NCBI GenBank assembly: GCA_949372875.1
Contig: CASIAW010000007.1
Location: 24,736-88,735 of the forward strand
Length of the DNA stretch: 64,000 bases
From: Candidatus Poseidoniaceae archaeon
GTDB lineage: Archaea; Thermoplasmatota; Poseidoniia; Poseidoniales; Poseidoniaceae
Reading direction: 5' to 3'
Each line of letters opens with the position of its first letter. The stretch's first letter is position 1. Both the position numbers and the translations under genes were made by a program. Shown one piece after another: positions 21,801 through 30,834 of the stretch. Below the pieces are notes generated by a model, which worked only from the letters and a program-made list of their open reading frames with translations, ran no database searches and was not told where the DNA came from.

Positions 21801-24800
21801 CAGAAGAAAGATCCCATGCTCCTTCGACCGTTGATGCAGGTTGTGAACCGAATGAATGCCAATCTAGTGAGCCGTTTCGAATGTAGATTACATCACTGTT
21901 TGAATCACCTCGGACAGCCATTGCAGGTTCAGAACCACCATTCAAATCGAGATTAAATGAGTTTATTGCGCCACTTGGCTGAGAGAGAAGAGTGGAGTTC
22001 CATGTTGAATTTTCTGCCCAAGTTGATTGATTCATTTGGCGTTCATAGAGATTCAAGGCTCCAGTAGAGGTCAGTGTAGCGACCATCATTGTTCCATCGT
22101 CTGTCATCGCGAGTTGGATGTTACTCGAGAGATCTGTTAGACTCGAAATAAAACTTGGTTCAACTGATGTTCCATCATACATCCATACGCTGAGGTTTTG
22201 GTTTTGGCCATCATTAGAAATCAAAGCGATGGCAAGATTGTCGTTAGGCATATACATTGCAGGGAAATGACTTGAGACGACCTCACCTTGAGAACCGATC
22301 ATGGCTGCGGACCATCCACCATCGTCGTGGGACATGATTAATTGGTCATCTGTTGAATCGCGGTAAAGAATGGTTGTTGCATCGCTTTGGTTGGTCAAAA
22401 CAACCAGTGGATCGACCAAATTGAGATTGGTAGCAACTTGAGTAGTTGCCCATCCCGAATCATCTTCAAGAGAGGCAAAGATTTGCTGCCCTCCGATACC
22501 TGAAGTCGCATGAGCGAGATGTTGGTGACCTTCGGAATCAAGGGCTGAGCCGAGTAAAGCCCCCATTGTTCCGGATGTAAGGATACTTTGTTCAACAGCG
22601 GTGTAACTTGATGTTGTTTGCATCTTCAGCGCCTGACCTCCTTCTGTAGAGAGAACAATCGGTCGGCCGGAACTTGTCCCAGCAAAAGCAAAGCTCGTTG
22701 AACTTGGAGATGAAGTTGAAAGCACTGTATCGGCCCATACTCCGGTAGCGGTACCGTCACTTACGTGCTCTAAGAAATGAAGAGAGTCCCAGTTCTGGAA
22801 TGAGAGGAGCATACTGGCTTCACCTCGGCTTGAGGTTGAAACATCTAAGAATTCTAACTCATCGGTATCAAATGCGAATGTAGATGATTCCCAATCACGT
22901 TCTGAGTAGAACTGGTAAACAACTCGGAATGAGGAATCAGGAATTGACTCCCGATAACTGAGACAAATCTCGTTGAGGCCATCACCATCAATATCACCAT
23001 GGGTTGCCATTGAAAGGCCTCGGTATTCTTGGGCATTGCCGGTGGCGAGTAATTCCGAATCACTGCTTAAGCCGGATGCTGAACCGAGAATAAGGTCAAC
23101 TTCACCACTGCGAGTTGCCCCTTGCTGCATAAGCAGGATATCATCATACCCATCTTCATTGACGTCGCCTGCTCCCATGAACATTCTCCCAAGCATTGCA
23201 TTGGCAGAGTCGCCTACTTTGGTCCAATTAGGGACAACAGAATGAATGCCGGAAGAAGATCCATGATACATCCATACCTTTCCGACTTGATAGCCTCCTG
23301 TGCCGTTATAGACTTCTGAAAACATCATGTCATCATATCCATCAGAGTTGATGTCCCCAATGAAATCGATTGTATGTCCGAACATCTTACCCTGGACATT
23401 CGAATCAATAGTTTGGTCTGCAATTCCGTTGAATCCAAAAGAGGCACCAAAGTAAATTTCAATCCTTGGAAAGCCACTGAATGAATCAAAACTCGCAGCA
23501 TTGGAAACAAGAAGATCATCAAACCCATCTCCGTTCAAATCCCCTGAACCACTCATTGAACGACCAAGCAGGGTTGATTCTTGCGTTTGAGTAATGTTAC
23601 GCACATGGTCCATAGACGAGGAATTTCCCTTGTAAATCGCTATCTTTCCATTGTGCACTATTTCGTTTGGAATGGTAGCAACAACTAGAGAATGATTGGC
23701 AGCAACTGCAGCGAGGTCTGCAAATCCATCACCGTTCATTCCAGCAATTGCTTCAAGTTTCCAGCCAAGAGCCTCACCTTGATTTCCAGTTACACTCCAC
23801 CACGAATTCAAACAATCAAGGCTTCCAGACGTGTTACCGAGGAAAATGTCAATTTTACCGTTATCCCCATTGGAGGAGTTCCACCCGGGTGAGCCTACAG
23901 CGATATCGACAATTCCATCTCCATTGAAATCTTCAACTGCTAAGCCCGATCCAAACCGTTGTCCTGCTTGCGTGCCATCACACAGGGTGATGGAACCATC
24001 ATGACCGAGTCCAAAGGCAGAACCGTAAGAAAGAGAGATGCGACCTGCCTCGAGGTGTTCAGTGGAATAACCGGGTTCAGAATAGATAAAGTCGTCAAAT
24101 CCGTCGCCATTGAAATCTGCCATGAAAGTGACACCTTCATCGAGGTTCTGTGAAGCGGTGGATTGGACTGGTGGCAACTGAATCTCAGAGAACTTAGGCA
24201 CCGGATTGATGCGACCTTCATCTTGTCCCGAAAGGCTTCGAAGTAATTGCACATTCGTAATGAGGTTCCCAGATCCATCGTCAACAACAGACGTCGTTGC
24301 AATTTGTTCAACAGCATTCGAATCAAGACCCATGCCAATATGTGTACCAAGGTTCGAGTCGCGAACGAGGACTCGACGGTCATATGTCGAGCCATCATAA
24401 CGAATCAAACGAACTTCTTCGCCTGCGGTGTAGAGTAAATGTGCAACACCATTATCATCCATTTCTAATTCAATAGAATGGCCGATTGGCCCTACATCAA
24501 GGAGGTCATGATACCACAAATTGCCACTGTAGTTTAATTGCCATAACGAACCATTGACATCCCGAAATACAGCATATTCCAGTTGATTCGGCAAGAGTAC
24601 CATCTCGATATCGGTTGGTCCAACATCATATCGGATGGTGATTTTTTGCCAAGAAAGTTCCGAAAAGACAGAGTTTGGATAAGCGATATGAGCTGACTTG
24701 AGATTGCTACCGTCTGCATAAAGCACATACTGACGGCCGTCTTCATTGACGGCAAGAGCGCAATCAACCAGAGAACTAGCGTTTGATGGGGTCACGGAGT

Positions 24801-25287
24801 CAACCAAATACAGCGACCAACCGGACTGAACCGACGAGTAGGATTGTTGCCCCCCGTCAAGGGAACCAACGTAGACATTCCCCTGTTCAGTTGTCCAGCA
24901 TGCATCAAAGCCTTCATCATGACTGAGTTGAATATCTGGGCGGCCCATTGTTTCATTTGGCAACATCACAAGCATTTCAGCCATCCAGAGATCTAATGCT
25001 GACTCTTCCCGAACCGTTGCATCATCTAATCCGTCGAAAGCAAGGTTGGTTCCTGCAAAATCATGGCTATATGAGTTATTGAGAGGGACATAATCGCTTG
25101 AAGAAGAAACAATGTTCTCATTAAACTCTAAGCCAGATTCTGTAGGATATTGCACCAAAGGAGAGAAGAGATGCACGACAAACAAAAAAGTGAGCAGCAA
25201 TGAAACTATTGGAAAAGGTCTGCTCGCCGCTGCCGCCATGCAACCTTGTCGGCCGGCTTCCTTGAAAACGCTTCTTGAAGATTGCAT
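18868..25287 (-). CDS. Giant (~2,139 aa) type-I membrane surface protein with integrin-alpha-like FG-GAP beta-propeller repeats, thrombospondin type-3 (TSP3) Ca-binding repeats, a TM helix and a poly-Asp plus Pro-rich cytoplasmic tail
   Basis: The predicted signal peptide is MAAAASRPFPIVSLLLTFLFVV, from ATG 25239, with alternative starts at 25287 and TTG 25425. At least six FG-GAP-like repeats (e.g. ...DFNGDGIVDIAVG...) form the propeller. Many DxDxDGxxDxxDxCP TSP3-like repeats follow. The TM is IIIAVVAGMVVLLVVAVILL, followed by RRQGDDYDYDDDDDDDWDDDDDDD and then a PxxP-rich tail. Confidence 0.85.
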   Translation of the reverse strand: MQSSRSVFKEAGRQGCMAAAASRPFPIVSLLLTFLFVVHLFSPLVQYPTESGLEFNENIVSSSSDYVPLNNSYSHDFAGTNLAFDGLDDATVREESALDLWMAEMLVMLPNETMGRPDIQLSHDEGFDACWTTEQGNVYVGSLDGGQQSYSSVQSGWSLYLVDSVTPSNASSLVDCALAVNEDGRQYVLYADGSNLKSAHIAYPNSVFSELSWQKITIRYDVGPTDIEMVLLPNQLEYAVFRDVNGSLWQLNYSGNLWYHDLLDVGPIGHSIELEMDDNGVAHLLYTAGEEVRLIRYDGSTYDRRVLVRDSNLGTHIGMGLDSNAVEQIATTSVVDDGSGNLITNVQLLRSLSGQDEGRINPVPKFSEIQLPPVQSTASQNLDEGVTFMADFNGDGFDDFIYSEPGYSTEHLEAGRISLSYGSAFGLGHDGSITLCDGTQAGQRFGSGLAVEDFNGDGIVDIAVGSPGWNSSNGDNGKIDIFLGNTSGSLDCLNSWWSVTGNQGEALGWKLEAIAGMNGDGFADLAAVAANHSLVVATIPNEIVHNGKIAIYKGNSSSMDHVRNITQTQESTLLGRSMSGSGDLNGDGFDDLLVSNAASFDSFSGFPRIEIYFGASFGFNGIADQTIDSNVQGKMFGHTIDFIGDINSDGYDDMMFSEVYNGTGGYQVGKVWMYHGSSSGIHSVVPNWTKVGDSANAMLGRMFMGAGDVNEDGYDDILLMQQGATRSGEVDLILGSASGLSSDSELLATGNAQEYRGLSMATHGDIDGDGLNEICLSYRESIPDSSFRVVYQFYSERDWESSTFAFDTDELEFLDVSTSSRGEASMLLSFQNWDSLHFLEHVSDGTATGVWADTVLSTSSPSSTSFAFAGTSSGRPIVLSTEGGQALKMQTTSSYTAVEQSILTSGTMGALLGSALDSEGHQHLAHATSGIGGQQIFASLEDDSGWATTQVATNLNLVDPLVVLTNQSDATTILYRDSTDDQLIMSHDDGGWSAAMIGSQGEVVSSHFPAMYMPNDNLAIALISNDGQNQNLSVWMYDGTSVEPSFISSLTDLSSNIQLAMTDDGTMMVATLTSTGALNLYERQMNQSTWAENSTWNSTLLSQPSGAINSFNLDLNGGSEPAMAVRGDSNSDVIYIRNGSLDWHSFGSQPASTVEGAWDLSSEGGTYVLMTSVGQNNLLTWNSLNTQPTLSSQSSSEYFWNSLSFGDVTATGSVGFYTDSNETLHLAIQDSVLWDVEVLRLYPDADRDLIFDLVDDLPLLANQWSDSDGDGYGDNTLGPLADYCPSTNAPSSLYTYGCLDYDNDGYADVDDACNDDPGDSWIDRMGCDDYDQDGWSNNKFNYLSGDVFIFNWKLALDSDGDGYGDNSGPDCCLTEYDSSQPDGDLFPFNPSQYKDQDGDGWGDNSSDWVDGDNCKWDWGASWRDRNGCLDSDLDGSSDPSNSGGLEWNVSHGADAWPFDSTQWADSDGDGYGDNSSQFATNPDSFPDNIGAAEDNDSDGYPDRWTEFYDITDDVTENDGGGLLLDACPGVTGNSTSPYPGCPDADGDGWMNSEDAFPLEPTQWLDFDSDGFGDNPAGYQADECPTIAGVLEGTSPTEGGTGIGCRFIDDTDDDGDFVPNAEDICPDTDAGLSVNAVGCGENQLDDDDDSVTNDLDICPSTPFGVLVDASGCSNAQLETDDDLDNVSGPADLCPETLYSERSEVDENGCSPSERDSDSDGVKDDVDACPETPSGYPVLADGCTDETAFEQDLDGDGYLGEYTYTLNETSGLREDQQGDAFPTNSSQWSDLDGDGWGDNPDGIYSDYCPTEFGTSTRENIYGCYDDGDGYADFTELPYLAGNATQWFDKDADGYGDNPNGTYPDLCPGTDRALSVSVDENGCAPRQLDSDNDGVNDELDQCKNEPKGEDGYSDGCPLRSSGSDDGSSSALGTSTIIIAVVAGMVVLLVVAVILLRRQGDDYDYDDDDDDDWDDDDDDDSLPFRNSRSAQESAPKRAPVSQAGPSRGPSKGPTKGPQGGPGPSRSPPKGPQGRGPNSPPPQAATPPRSKPSPRGRVSTRPSFDSPSEPKEEEESGAKVRKATFKIDLSLFEDWQTEDRESAADWVRSSLDDGEEERSIMMQLQETGWTAPQSRAIFNMGRSR

Positions 25288-25291
25288 CCAT

Positions 25292-25310
25292 TGACCCCCG
25301 TAGGGGGTCA
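25292..25310. promoter_or_regulatory. 19-bp perfect palindrome TGACCCCCGTAGGGGGTCA in the divergent region between the giant FG-GAP/TSP3 gene and the TPK gene
   Basis: The palindrome has 8-bp arms and a 3-nt centre. It lies about 50-70 nt upstream of the predicted signal-peptide start (25239) of the giant gene. A near-identical copy sits at 30807-30825. Confidence 0.5.
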
Positions 25311-25386
25311 TAACAACAAACTGCAAAACCATCGTTTTGAACCGCTCAATGGATGGGTTTGACAAGATGGACAACCTCGCCGGAGC

Positions 25387-26019
25387 ATGGCGGGAGAGCG
25401 ATATGTGATCATCGCCAATGGTCATTGGCCTAAAGAGGCAATATGGAGACCGTTAGTCGAAGATTCGGACCACGTCATGGCGTGTGATGGAGCGGCCGTT
25501 CAGTGTATTGAACACAAGGTTACAATGAATTCCATTATCGGCGACATGGATAGTCTACCGATTGAAATTGAATCGAAACTCAAACAAGAAGAAGAAATTC
25601 AATTTTTTGAACAAACGATTCAAGAAGAAAACGACTTGGTCAAAGCCATCCATTGGGCGATTAAACAAGGAGCCTCTCAGATCGAAGTATTCGGAATCGA
25701 AGGCGGAGATATGTCCCATCAATTTGCAGCTTTTTTAGCACTGTGTGAAGTCCCATTTCACACTCGATTAAACACATCGCAGGGCACCATTGAACTCATC
25801 CCGAAAAGTGGATATAGAAACTGCTCTATAGAAAAGAAGAGGCTCTTCTCCCTCTTCGCAATAGGGGCTGTTGAAGGCATCAAAACCTCGGGCGCAAAAT
25901 GGAATCTCAAAAACGAAGAGTTACGTCCTGGAACACGAGGCCTCCACAATCAAGTCGAGGGAGAATGTCTTGAGATCAGTATGGATTCTGGTCAACTACT
26001 TCTCTTCTTGAACCGTTGA
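25387..26019 (+). CDS. Thiamine pyrophosphokinase (TPK family)
   Basis: Motifs ACDGAA...IIGDMDSL, QEENDLVKAI and GIEGGDMSHQFAAF fit the TPK fold. The 210-aa length also fits. Confidence 0.7.
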   Translation: MAGERYVIIANGHWPKEAIWRPLVEDSDHVMACDGAAVQCIEHKVTMNSIIGDMDSLPIEIESKLKQEEEIQFFEQTIQEENDLVKAIHWAIKQGASQIEVFGIEGGDMSHQFAAFLALCEVPFHTRLNTSQGTIELIPKSGYRNCSIEKKRLFSLFAIGAVEGIKTSGAKWNLKNEELRPGTRGLHNQVEGECLEISMDSGQLLLFLNR

Positions 26020-26853
26020 TTCAGGGAGATACTTGCGAAGCATTTCTGAATAACTTCCTTTACCATCCCATTCTTGAGCGATTTTGTCAATACGTGCTTT
26101 TTCAAGCGTATCTTCTAGACCGCCCCAGTCTTCTATGAGGCCGAGTTTTAGTGCAGCCCGTGGAGTATAACCCGGGAGGAAATTACGCCACAAAAAGGGT
26201 ACGCGGCCCGGAGTGACTCGATTCACCATTCGAACAATCGAAGTATTGCAGGTGGTCAAAAACGAATGATACCATTCCGGTTTTTCAGCGAGTTGGTTTG
26301 CCTTATTTGCGAGGCGGCGAAGCATGTCTTTGTCCTTACCAGGTGGCGTGATGGCTCGAAACATGTAGTCCTTATTTCCTCGAGCATTTGTTCGTAATCC
26401 TGTGAGGTCGTGCTCAAAACCGACCAGGAGATACAGTTCAAAATTACGCCAAAGACCAGTCCATGGGTGATAGCGTTGTTTGACTCGACGACGTGCTTCA
26501 AAGGAGAAAGAGAGGCATGTGCCATCATTAAACTCAAAGGTCAGATAGGTATGTGCCATTCCGTGGATTGCATGGAAATGATCGACTATGAACCAGATGT
26601 CTTTCAGTTCTTCAACATCGACAACCACCTCATCCGCCCATGCTTCATCACGGTCCCGAGTTGTGCGCCAGAAGAAATCACGAACATTTCGAAACGTGAT
26701 GAGGTTACCATCAGTCGTGGTTGTGGTTAGAAACTCACAGTCTGAATTCCATTTTGCGTCATTTTGGGGAATGCGTGGACGAACTTTTACCACCCAAATG
26801 AGTATGCATATGCCTACCAATGAGAGAAGTGAAAGAAAAAAAATGTCCAACAA
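25996..26853 (-). CDS. Membrane-anchored hypothetical protein, possibly DUF4105 (Lnb N-terminal periplasmic domain)-like
   Basis: There is an N-terminal TM (FFLSLLSLVGICILIWVV). The motifs HGMAHTYLTFEF and WYHSFLTTCNTSI resemble DUF4105. The family call is low confidence. Confidence 0.5.
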   Translation of the reverse strand: MLDIFFLSLLSLVGICILIWVVKVRPRIPQNDAKWNSDCEFLTTTTTDGNLITFRNVRDFFWRTTRDRDEAWADEVVVDVEELKDIWFIVDHFHAIHGMAHTYLTFEFNDGTCLSFSFEARRRVKQRYHPWTGLWRNFELYLLVGFEHDLTGLRTNARGNKDYMFRAITPPGKDKDMLRRLANKANQLAEKPEWYHSFLTTCNTSIVRMVNRVTPGRVPFLWRNFLPGYTPRAALKLGLIEDWGGLEDTLEKARIDKIAQEWDGKGSYSEMLRKYLPESTVQEEK

Positions 26854-26865
26854 CGAAATTACCCC

Positions 26866-28197
26866 TCACCACTTGTGCCAAATACGAAGCTGATCATCCC
26901 ACCAATCAGTACCACCGTCTGGATGTTGACGCCAGAGAATACCTTCACCATCGGTCATCGTTGGAAGACCCTGAGCATCAGGTGAGCCGTCAGCAAGAAT
27001 CATTGGCATCGGACCAAGGTCCCGAAGAGAAGAGACTCCTGTTTCTTCCTTCACACGAACCAAGAGAATGAATACGACAACACAAACGATCAAGCCCAGA
27101 ATACCAATTGAGAACCAACCTACGGATTCAGTAGGAGTTTCATCTCCAAAAGAGCGGCTCGGAAGAGTTGCTGCTTCATCTTCAGAAAGGTTGAGCCCGG
27201 GGAGCCGAACAAGATTTATTCCGTGAACGGTTCGGATTTTTTCGTTATTGATTACTTCTAACGTAATCAAATGAACACCTGCGGGAAGGATGCTACAATC
27301 ATACGATGTGCTACGATTGCCGGGCAAGACAACTCCTTGAACGGTCCAGATTTTATCAAATGTAGAAAAGTCTACATCAATCATGTTTGGAATCATCGTG
27401 ATTTGGCAAGGATTGTCTGTAACGTTTTCATTCCCAACAACTGACATAGAGAATGCAGGCGCTGGCCGATTGTTTATCGAGAGATTGAGCCAATACTCTG
27501 CGGTTTGGCCTAAGTCATTTCGATAGGCTTCTTTGAGTAAATATTCGCCTGCAGGCCAGTGAGAACAATCTAAAATTGTCTGGTTATCAAGAACCGTGAA
27601 TGGCGCACCAGAGAATGTGCGCACGCCTGATGCGTCATATCGAGGGCCAGTTTCATCTGCAAAAATGCGGTTGATTGAACAGGGGTCTCCCGTTTCAATC
27701 CAGCTTGGCGCCTCTAAATCCAGCATAAGTTGTGGCGTTTTCAAAGCAGGCGTAAGCACATAGTTCGGCAATTGAAGCGTTGTGATTTTATTCCCGTCTT
27801 GGTTGATAAATTCAAGTCGGAGGGAATGTTCACCTTCTGACCATGCATCGTAAACGAGACTTACATTCGATTGGCCGGTAAAAGCCATGTATTGCGATTC
27901 AAGAACTTCTTTATCCTTGTGAAGTCCATACAATCGTAATTCAATTTCGGTTAAGTCGGAACTCGAATTGAGAATGACAACCACCCGAATCGCATCGGGT
28001 TCACCATCTTGGTTCATGTCCATGGTATCATTTCTCAAGGCAACGAGCGTCAGTCCTTCAGCAGAAAGAGCGTCTTCAACAGGAGTCGTTTCTGCTTGAA
28101 CTTCATCGACAAGACCGAGAGGGAGCATTATGCAACCGAGAAGAAGAGAGGTAAGAAGCAAAGGCAGAACTCGTGAGACTTCACTCATTGACTTCAC
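26866..28197 (-). CDS. Secreted C-terminally TM-anchored hypothetical surface protein (443 aa)
   Basis: The signal peptide is MKSMSEVSRVLPLLLTSLLLGCIMLPLG. An extracellular domain follows, then a TM (WFSIGILGLIVCVVVFILLV) and a short cytoplasmic tail. The start overlaps the end of the preceding TSP3 gene by 17 nt. Confidence 0.65.
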   Translation of the reverse strand: MKSMSEVSRVLPLLLTSLLLGCIMLPLGLVDEVQAETTPVEDALSAEGLTLVALRNDTMDMNQDGEPDAIRVVVILNSSSDLTEIELRLYGLHKDKEVLESQYMAFTGQSNVSLVYDAWSEGEHSLRLEFINQDGNKITTLQLPNYVLTPALKTPQLMLDLEAPSWIETGDPCSINRIFADETGPRYDASGVRTFSGAPFTVLDNQTILDCSHWPAGEYLLKEAYRNDLGQTAEYWLNLSINNRPAPAFSMSVVGNENVTDNPCQITMIPNMIDVDFSTFDKIWTVQGVVLPGNRSTSYDCSILPAGVHLITLEVINNEKIRTVHGINLVRLPGLNLSEDEAATLPSRSFGDETPTESVGWFSIGILGLIVCVVVFILLVRVKEETGVSSLRDLGPMPMILADGSPDAQGLPTMTDGEGILWRQHPDGGTDWWDDQLRIWHKW

Positions 28198-30760
28198 CTC
28201 CTTGTTCTGGAATTGGTTGAGCGGGTGGTGGCATCTCCATGCCTTCGGGAATTGGAAGAGGAGGTAAATCCTCCAATGGAATCATTGCTGGCGGCATTGC
28301 ATCCATCGTTAGTGCGTCTAAGTCTGCTGTTTCTTTGGAGTCAAACAATTGCTCTTCAAGGAGTTCATTGTCTCTCCCTCTACGAACAATGAGTGCTAAT
28401 GTTGCTCCGAAAATAAATCCAAAACCAATGACTAGATACGTCAACCAAGAGGCTGCTGGATCTTCACCTAAGATTGCAACAGCCGCTGAAAATTCACCAT
28501 AAGAATCCGACCAGCCATCGCCATTTGAATCGACACAGCCTTGGGTATCTCGCATGGAAATACCTGATATTTCTGGGCAGTCGTCTCGGAGTGCGCCTAA
28601 TGGAACATCACCGAAACCATCACCGTCGGAGTCTCGCCACTGAAGAGATTCAGTAGGGAATGAATCCGCAGCACCATACGGATGGGCTTGCCAACTATCG
28701 GTTGGATCTGACCAACCATCACCATCGGTATCACGACATCCCAAGCGGTCAAGCAGAGAAGTACCACGAACCTCAGGACAAGCATCGCCTTGATTGCCAT
28801 CTTCCGAATCTCCAAAACCATCGCCATCAGTATCGCGAGATTGGGTTGGCTCATGGATGAATGCATCACCTAAATCAGACCAGCCGTCGCCGTCTGTATC
28901 CGGGCAACCCCAACGGTCGCCGCCGGATGAAGGACCGACAGAAGTTCCTGCTTGACTAGGGCAAACATCTGCGGTCGTCCCAAGTGGGTTATCGCCACGT
29001 CCGTCACCATCAATATCGTGCCATTGGGTAACATCCATTGGCCAAGCATCGCCCTTTCCACCGGGACTTGCCAACCAAGAATTCGTTGGATCAGACCAGC
29101 CATCTTCATCGCTATCTGGGCATCCCCATCGGTCAAAAGTTGAGGCCCCTTCAGTCGTTCTACATCCGTCGCCTCGATAGGCAACACGAAGCGTTTGACC
29201 GTCGAAATATTCGAGGTTATCACCGTAACCATCGTCATCGGTATCATACCATTGACTTTCATCGTTCGGGAATGCATCAGCAAACCCATCGGGGTGAGCA
29301 ATCCAATCACTGCTCGGGTCTGAATAGCCATCTGAATCAACATCTCGACAACCAAGTCGGTCGAAACGAGAAATCCATTCGGACTCGACTTCTTCTGCTG
29401 AGGAAAAGACACAAACATCGCCTTCAAATCCGTCGAGGTTATCACCGTAACCATCACCATCGGTATCTCGGTATTGTGATTCTATGAATGGGAAATCATC
29501 GATTTGTGTCGCACCATAAGATTGGTTATCACCCCAACCATCTTCATCGGAGTCCGCCCACTGGGTTGGGTTGTCTGGGAAGTCATCGACTTGTAGAGCA
29601 CCTTCCGATTGGTTATCGCCCCAACCGTCAAAATCACGGTCTTGCCATTGGGAAGGTTCCAGAGGGAATGCATCAGAACCATTGGATTTCGTCCAATTCA
29701 AATCTCCGTCAGAAAATCCATCGCCATCTGTATCAGTGCAACCGTACCGGTCACCTGTTGAGGTCCCCGTAATGAATGGACAAGCGTCGGGTGTCGAGGC
29801 ATTGAACAACCACGAACCAATTCCCCAACCTGCACGTGAAAGGTTCCAATCTCCATCTTCCCAATTATCTCCAAAACCATCAGCATCGGTATCGTTCCAC
29901 TGTGACTGGTCAAGCGGAAAAGCGTCTCCAAACCCAACTGGGTGAGCATACCAAGCGGTAACACCGTCCAATGCACCGGGGTCTTCGTTTGAATAACCGT
30001 CACCATCTGAATCTAAACAACCGTATCGGTCTTGAACTGAATAGCCTCTTCGGAATGGACAATGATCTCCTTCAAAGCCATCGAGATTGTCTCCATAGCC
30101 ATCGTTATCGCTGTCAAGCCATTGGGAATTTTCGCTAACAAAAGCATCAGCCCCATTTTGAGGACCCCATCCTGAATCAGGATCAGACCAACCGTCTGAA
30201 TCTGAATCTGTGCAGCCCTTGCGGTCGTTTGTGGAGGTTCCTACCAAATTGTCACAGTCATCATCGTTATCGATAAATCCATCCTCATCAAAATCCCGGT
30301 TTGCTTTGTCAATTGAAGGCGTGAGGGTGTAATCAAATCCGTCGTTACACCACGAATCATCTGCCTTGACTTTGACATACACATAACTCGCAGTGTTCAC
30401 TGTTGTCGAGAGAACTTTGGAAGCCGCATTATCATCAGCATAGGTATCGACAATGACGCCACCTTGTGCATCGAGAAGAGAAAATCGACCGGCCCATCCA
30501 TCCCCAGGACACCACCATGCAGGTCCATTCATCGAACCGGAAAAAGAAACTTGAACGATATCGCCTTTCCGAGCTTCGACCTTCCAAAAGTCGGCTTTAT
30601 CTTGCCCTGCATCACAGTCAGGGTCGCACACATAACCGTTAGATGTAACGCCATCTGTGAGAGGATTTGCGCTTTGAATGTCGTCATCAGCCGAGACAGG
30701 CGGTAGCATTGAAATCATCATCGCGGCGAGGCAGATGGCCATCAACCGCTTCGCGAGCAT
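28181..30760 (-). CDS. Large (~859 aa) surface protein with an N-terminal beta-sandwich-like domain, ~15 tandem TSP3-like Ca-binding repeats and a TM anchor with a Pro-rich cytoplasmic tail
   Basis: The signal peptide is MLAKRLMAICLAAMMISMLPPVSA, from ATG 30760; the ORF track extends it to TTG 30838. Repeats of the form W.D.D.DG.GDN.D..P (e.g. WLDSDNDGYGDNLDGFEGDHCPF) recur throughout. The TM is LTYLVIGFGFIFGATLALIV. Confidence 0.85.
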   Translation of the reverse strand: MLAKRLMAICLAAMMISMLPPVSADDDIQSANPLTDGVTSNGYVCDPDCDAGQDKADFWKVEARKGDIVQVSFSGSMNGPAWWCPGDGWAGRFSLLDAQGGVIVDTYADDNAASKVLSTTVNTASYVYVKVKADDSWCNDGFDYTLTPSIDKANRDFDEDGFIDNDDDCDNLVGTSTNDRKGCTDSDSDGWSDPDSGWGPQNGADAFVSENSQWLDSDNDGYGDNLDGFEGDHCPFRRGYSVQDRYGCLDSDGDGYSNEDPGALDGVTAWYAHPVGFGDAFPLDQSQWNDTDADGFGDNWEDGDWNLSRAGWGIGSWLFNASTPDACPFITGTSTGDRYGCTDTDGDGFSDGDLNWTKSNGSDAFPLEPSQWQDRDFDGWGDNQSEGALQVDDFPDNPTQWADSDEDGWGDNQSYGATQIDDFPFIESQYRDTDGDGYGDNLDGFEGDVCVFSSAEEVESEWISRFDRLGCRDVDSDGYSDPSSDWIAHPDGFADAFPNDESQWYDTDDDGYGDNLEYFDGQTLRVAYRGDGCRTTEGASTFDRWGCPDSDEDGWSDPTNSWLASPGGKGDAWPMDVTQWHDIDGDGRGDNPLGTTADVCPSQAGTSVGPSSGGDRWGCPDTDGDGWSDLGDAFIHEPTQSRDTDGDGFGDSEDGNQGDACPEVRGTSLLDRLGCRDTDGDGWSDPTDSWQAHPYGAADSFPTESLQWRDSDGDGFGDVPLGALRDDCPEISGISMRDTQGCVDSNGDGWSDSYGEFSAAVAILGEDPAASWLTYLVIGFGFIFGATLALIVRRGRDNELLEEQLFDSKETADLDALTMDAMPPAMIPLEDLPPLPIPEGMEMPPPAQPIPEQGGEVNE

Positions 30761-30806
30761 GCTTGTCCAATAGGTGGTGTGCCTATGAACACCGCGCCTT
30801 CTCGGC

Positions 30807-30825
30807 TGACACCCGTAGGGTGTCA
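30807..30825. promoter_or_regulatory. 19-bp perfect palindrome TGACACCCGTAGGGTGTCA between the BNR gene stop and the TSP3-repeat gene start
   Basis: It is the same motif as at 25292-25310. It lies 10 nt after the BNR gene stop codon and about 50-65 nt upstream of ATG 30760. Confidence 0.5.
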
Positions 30826-30834
30826 TTGAAATGT

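Noticed and set aside
18939-30006. Numerous 60-200-aa ORFs on the plus strand or in alternate frames inside the giant minus-strand genes (e.g. 18939..19421, 20263..20688, 20820..21425, 29038..29487, 29571..29945)
   Set aside because: These are shadow ORFs inside long, repeat-rich coding regions. They encode His/Arg- or Met-rich nonsense and have no independent start or stop context.
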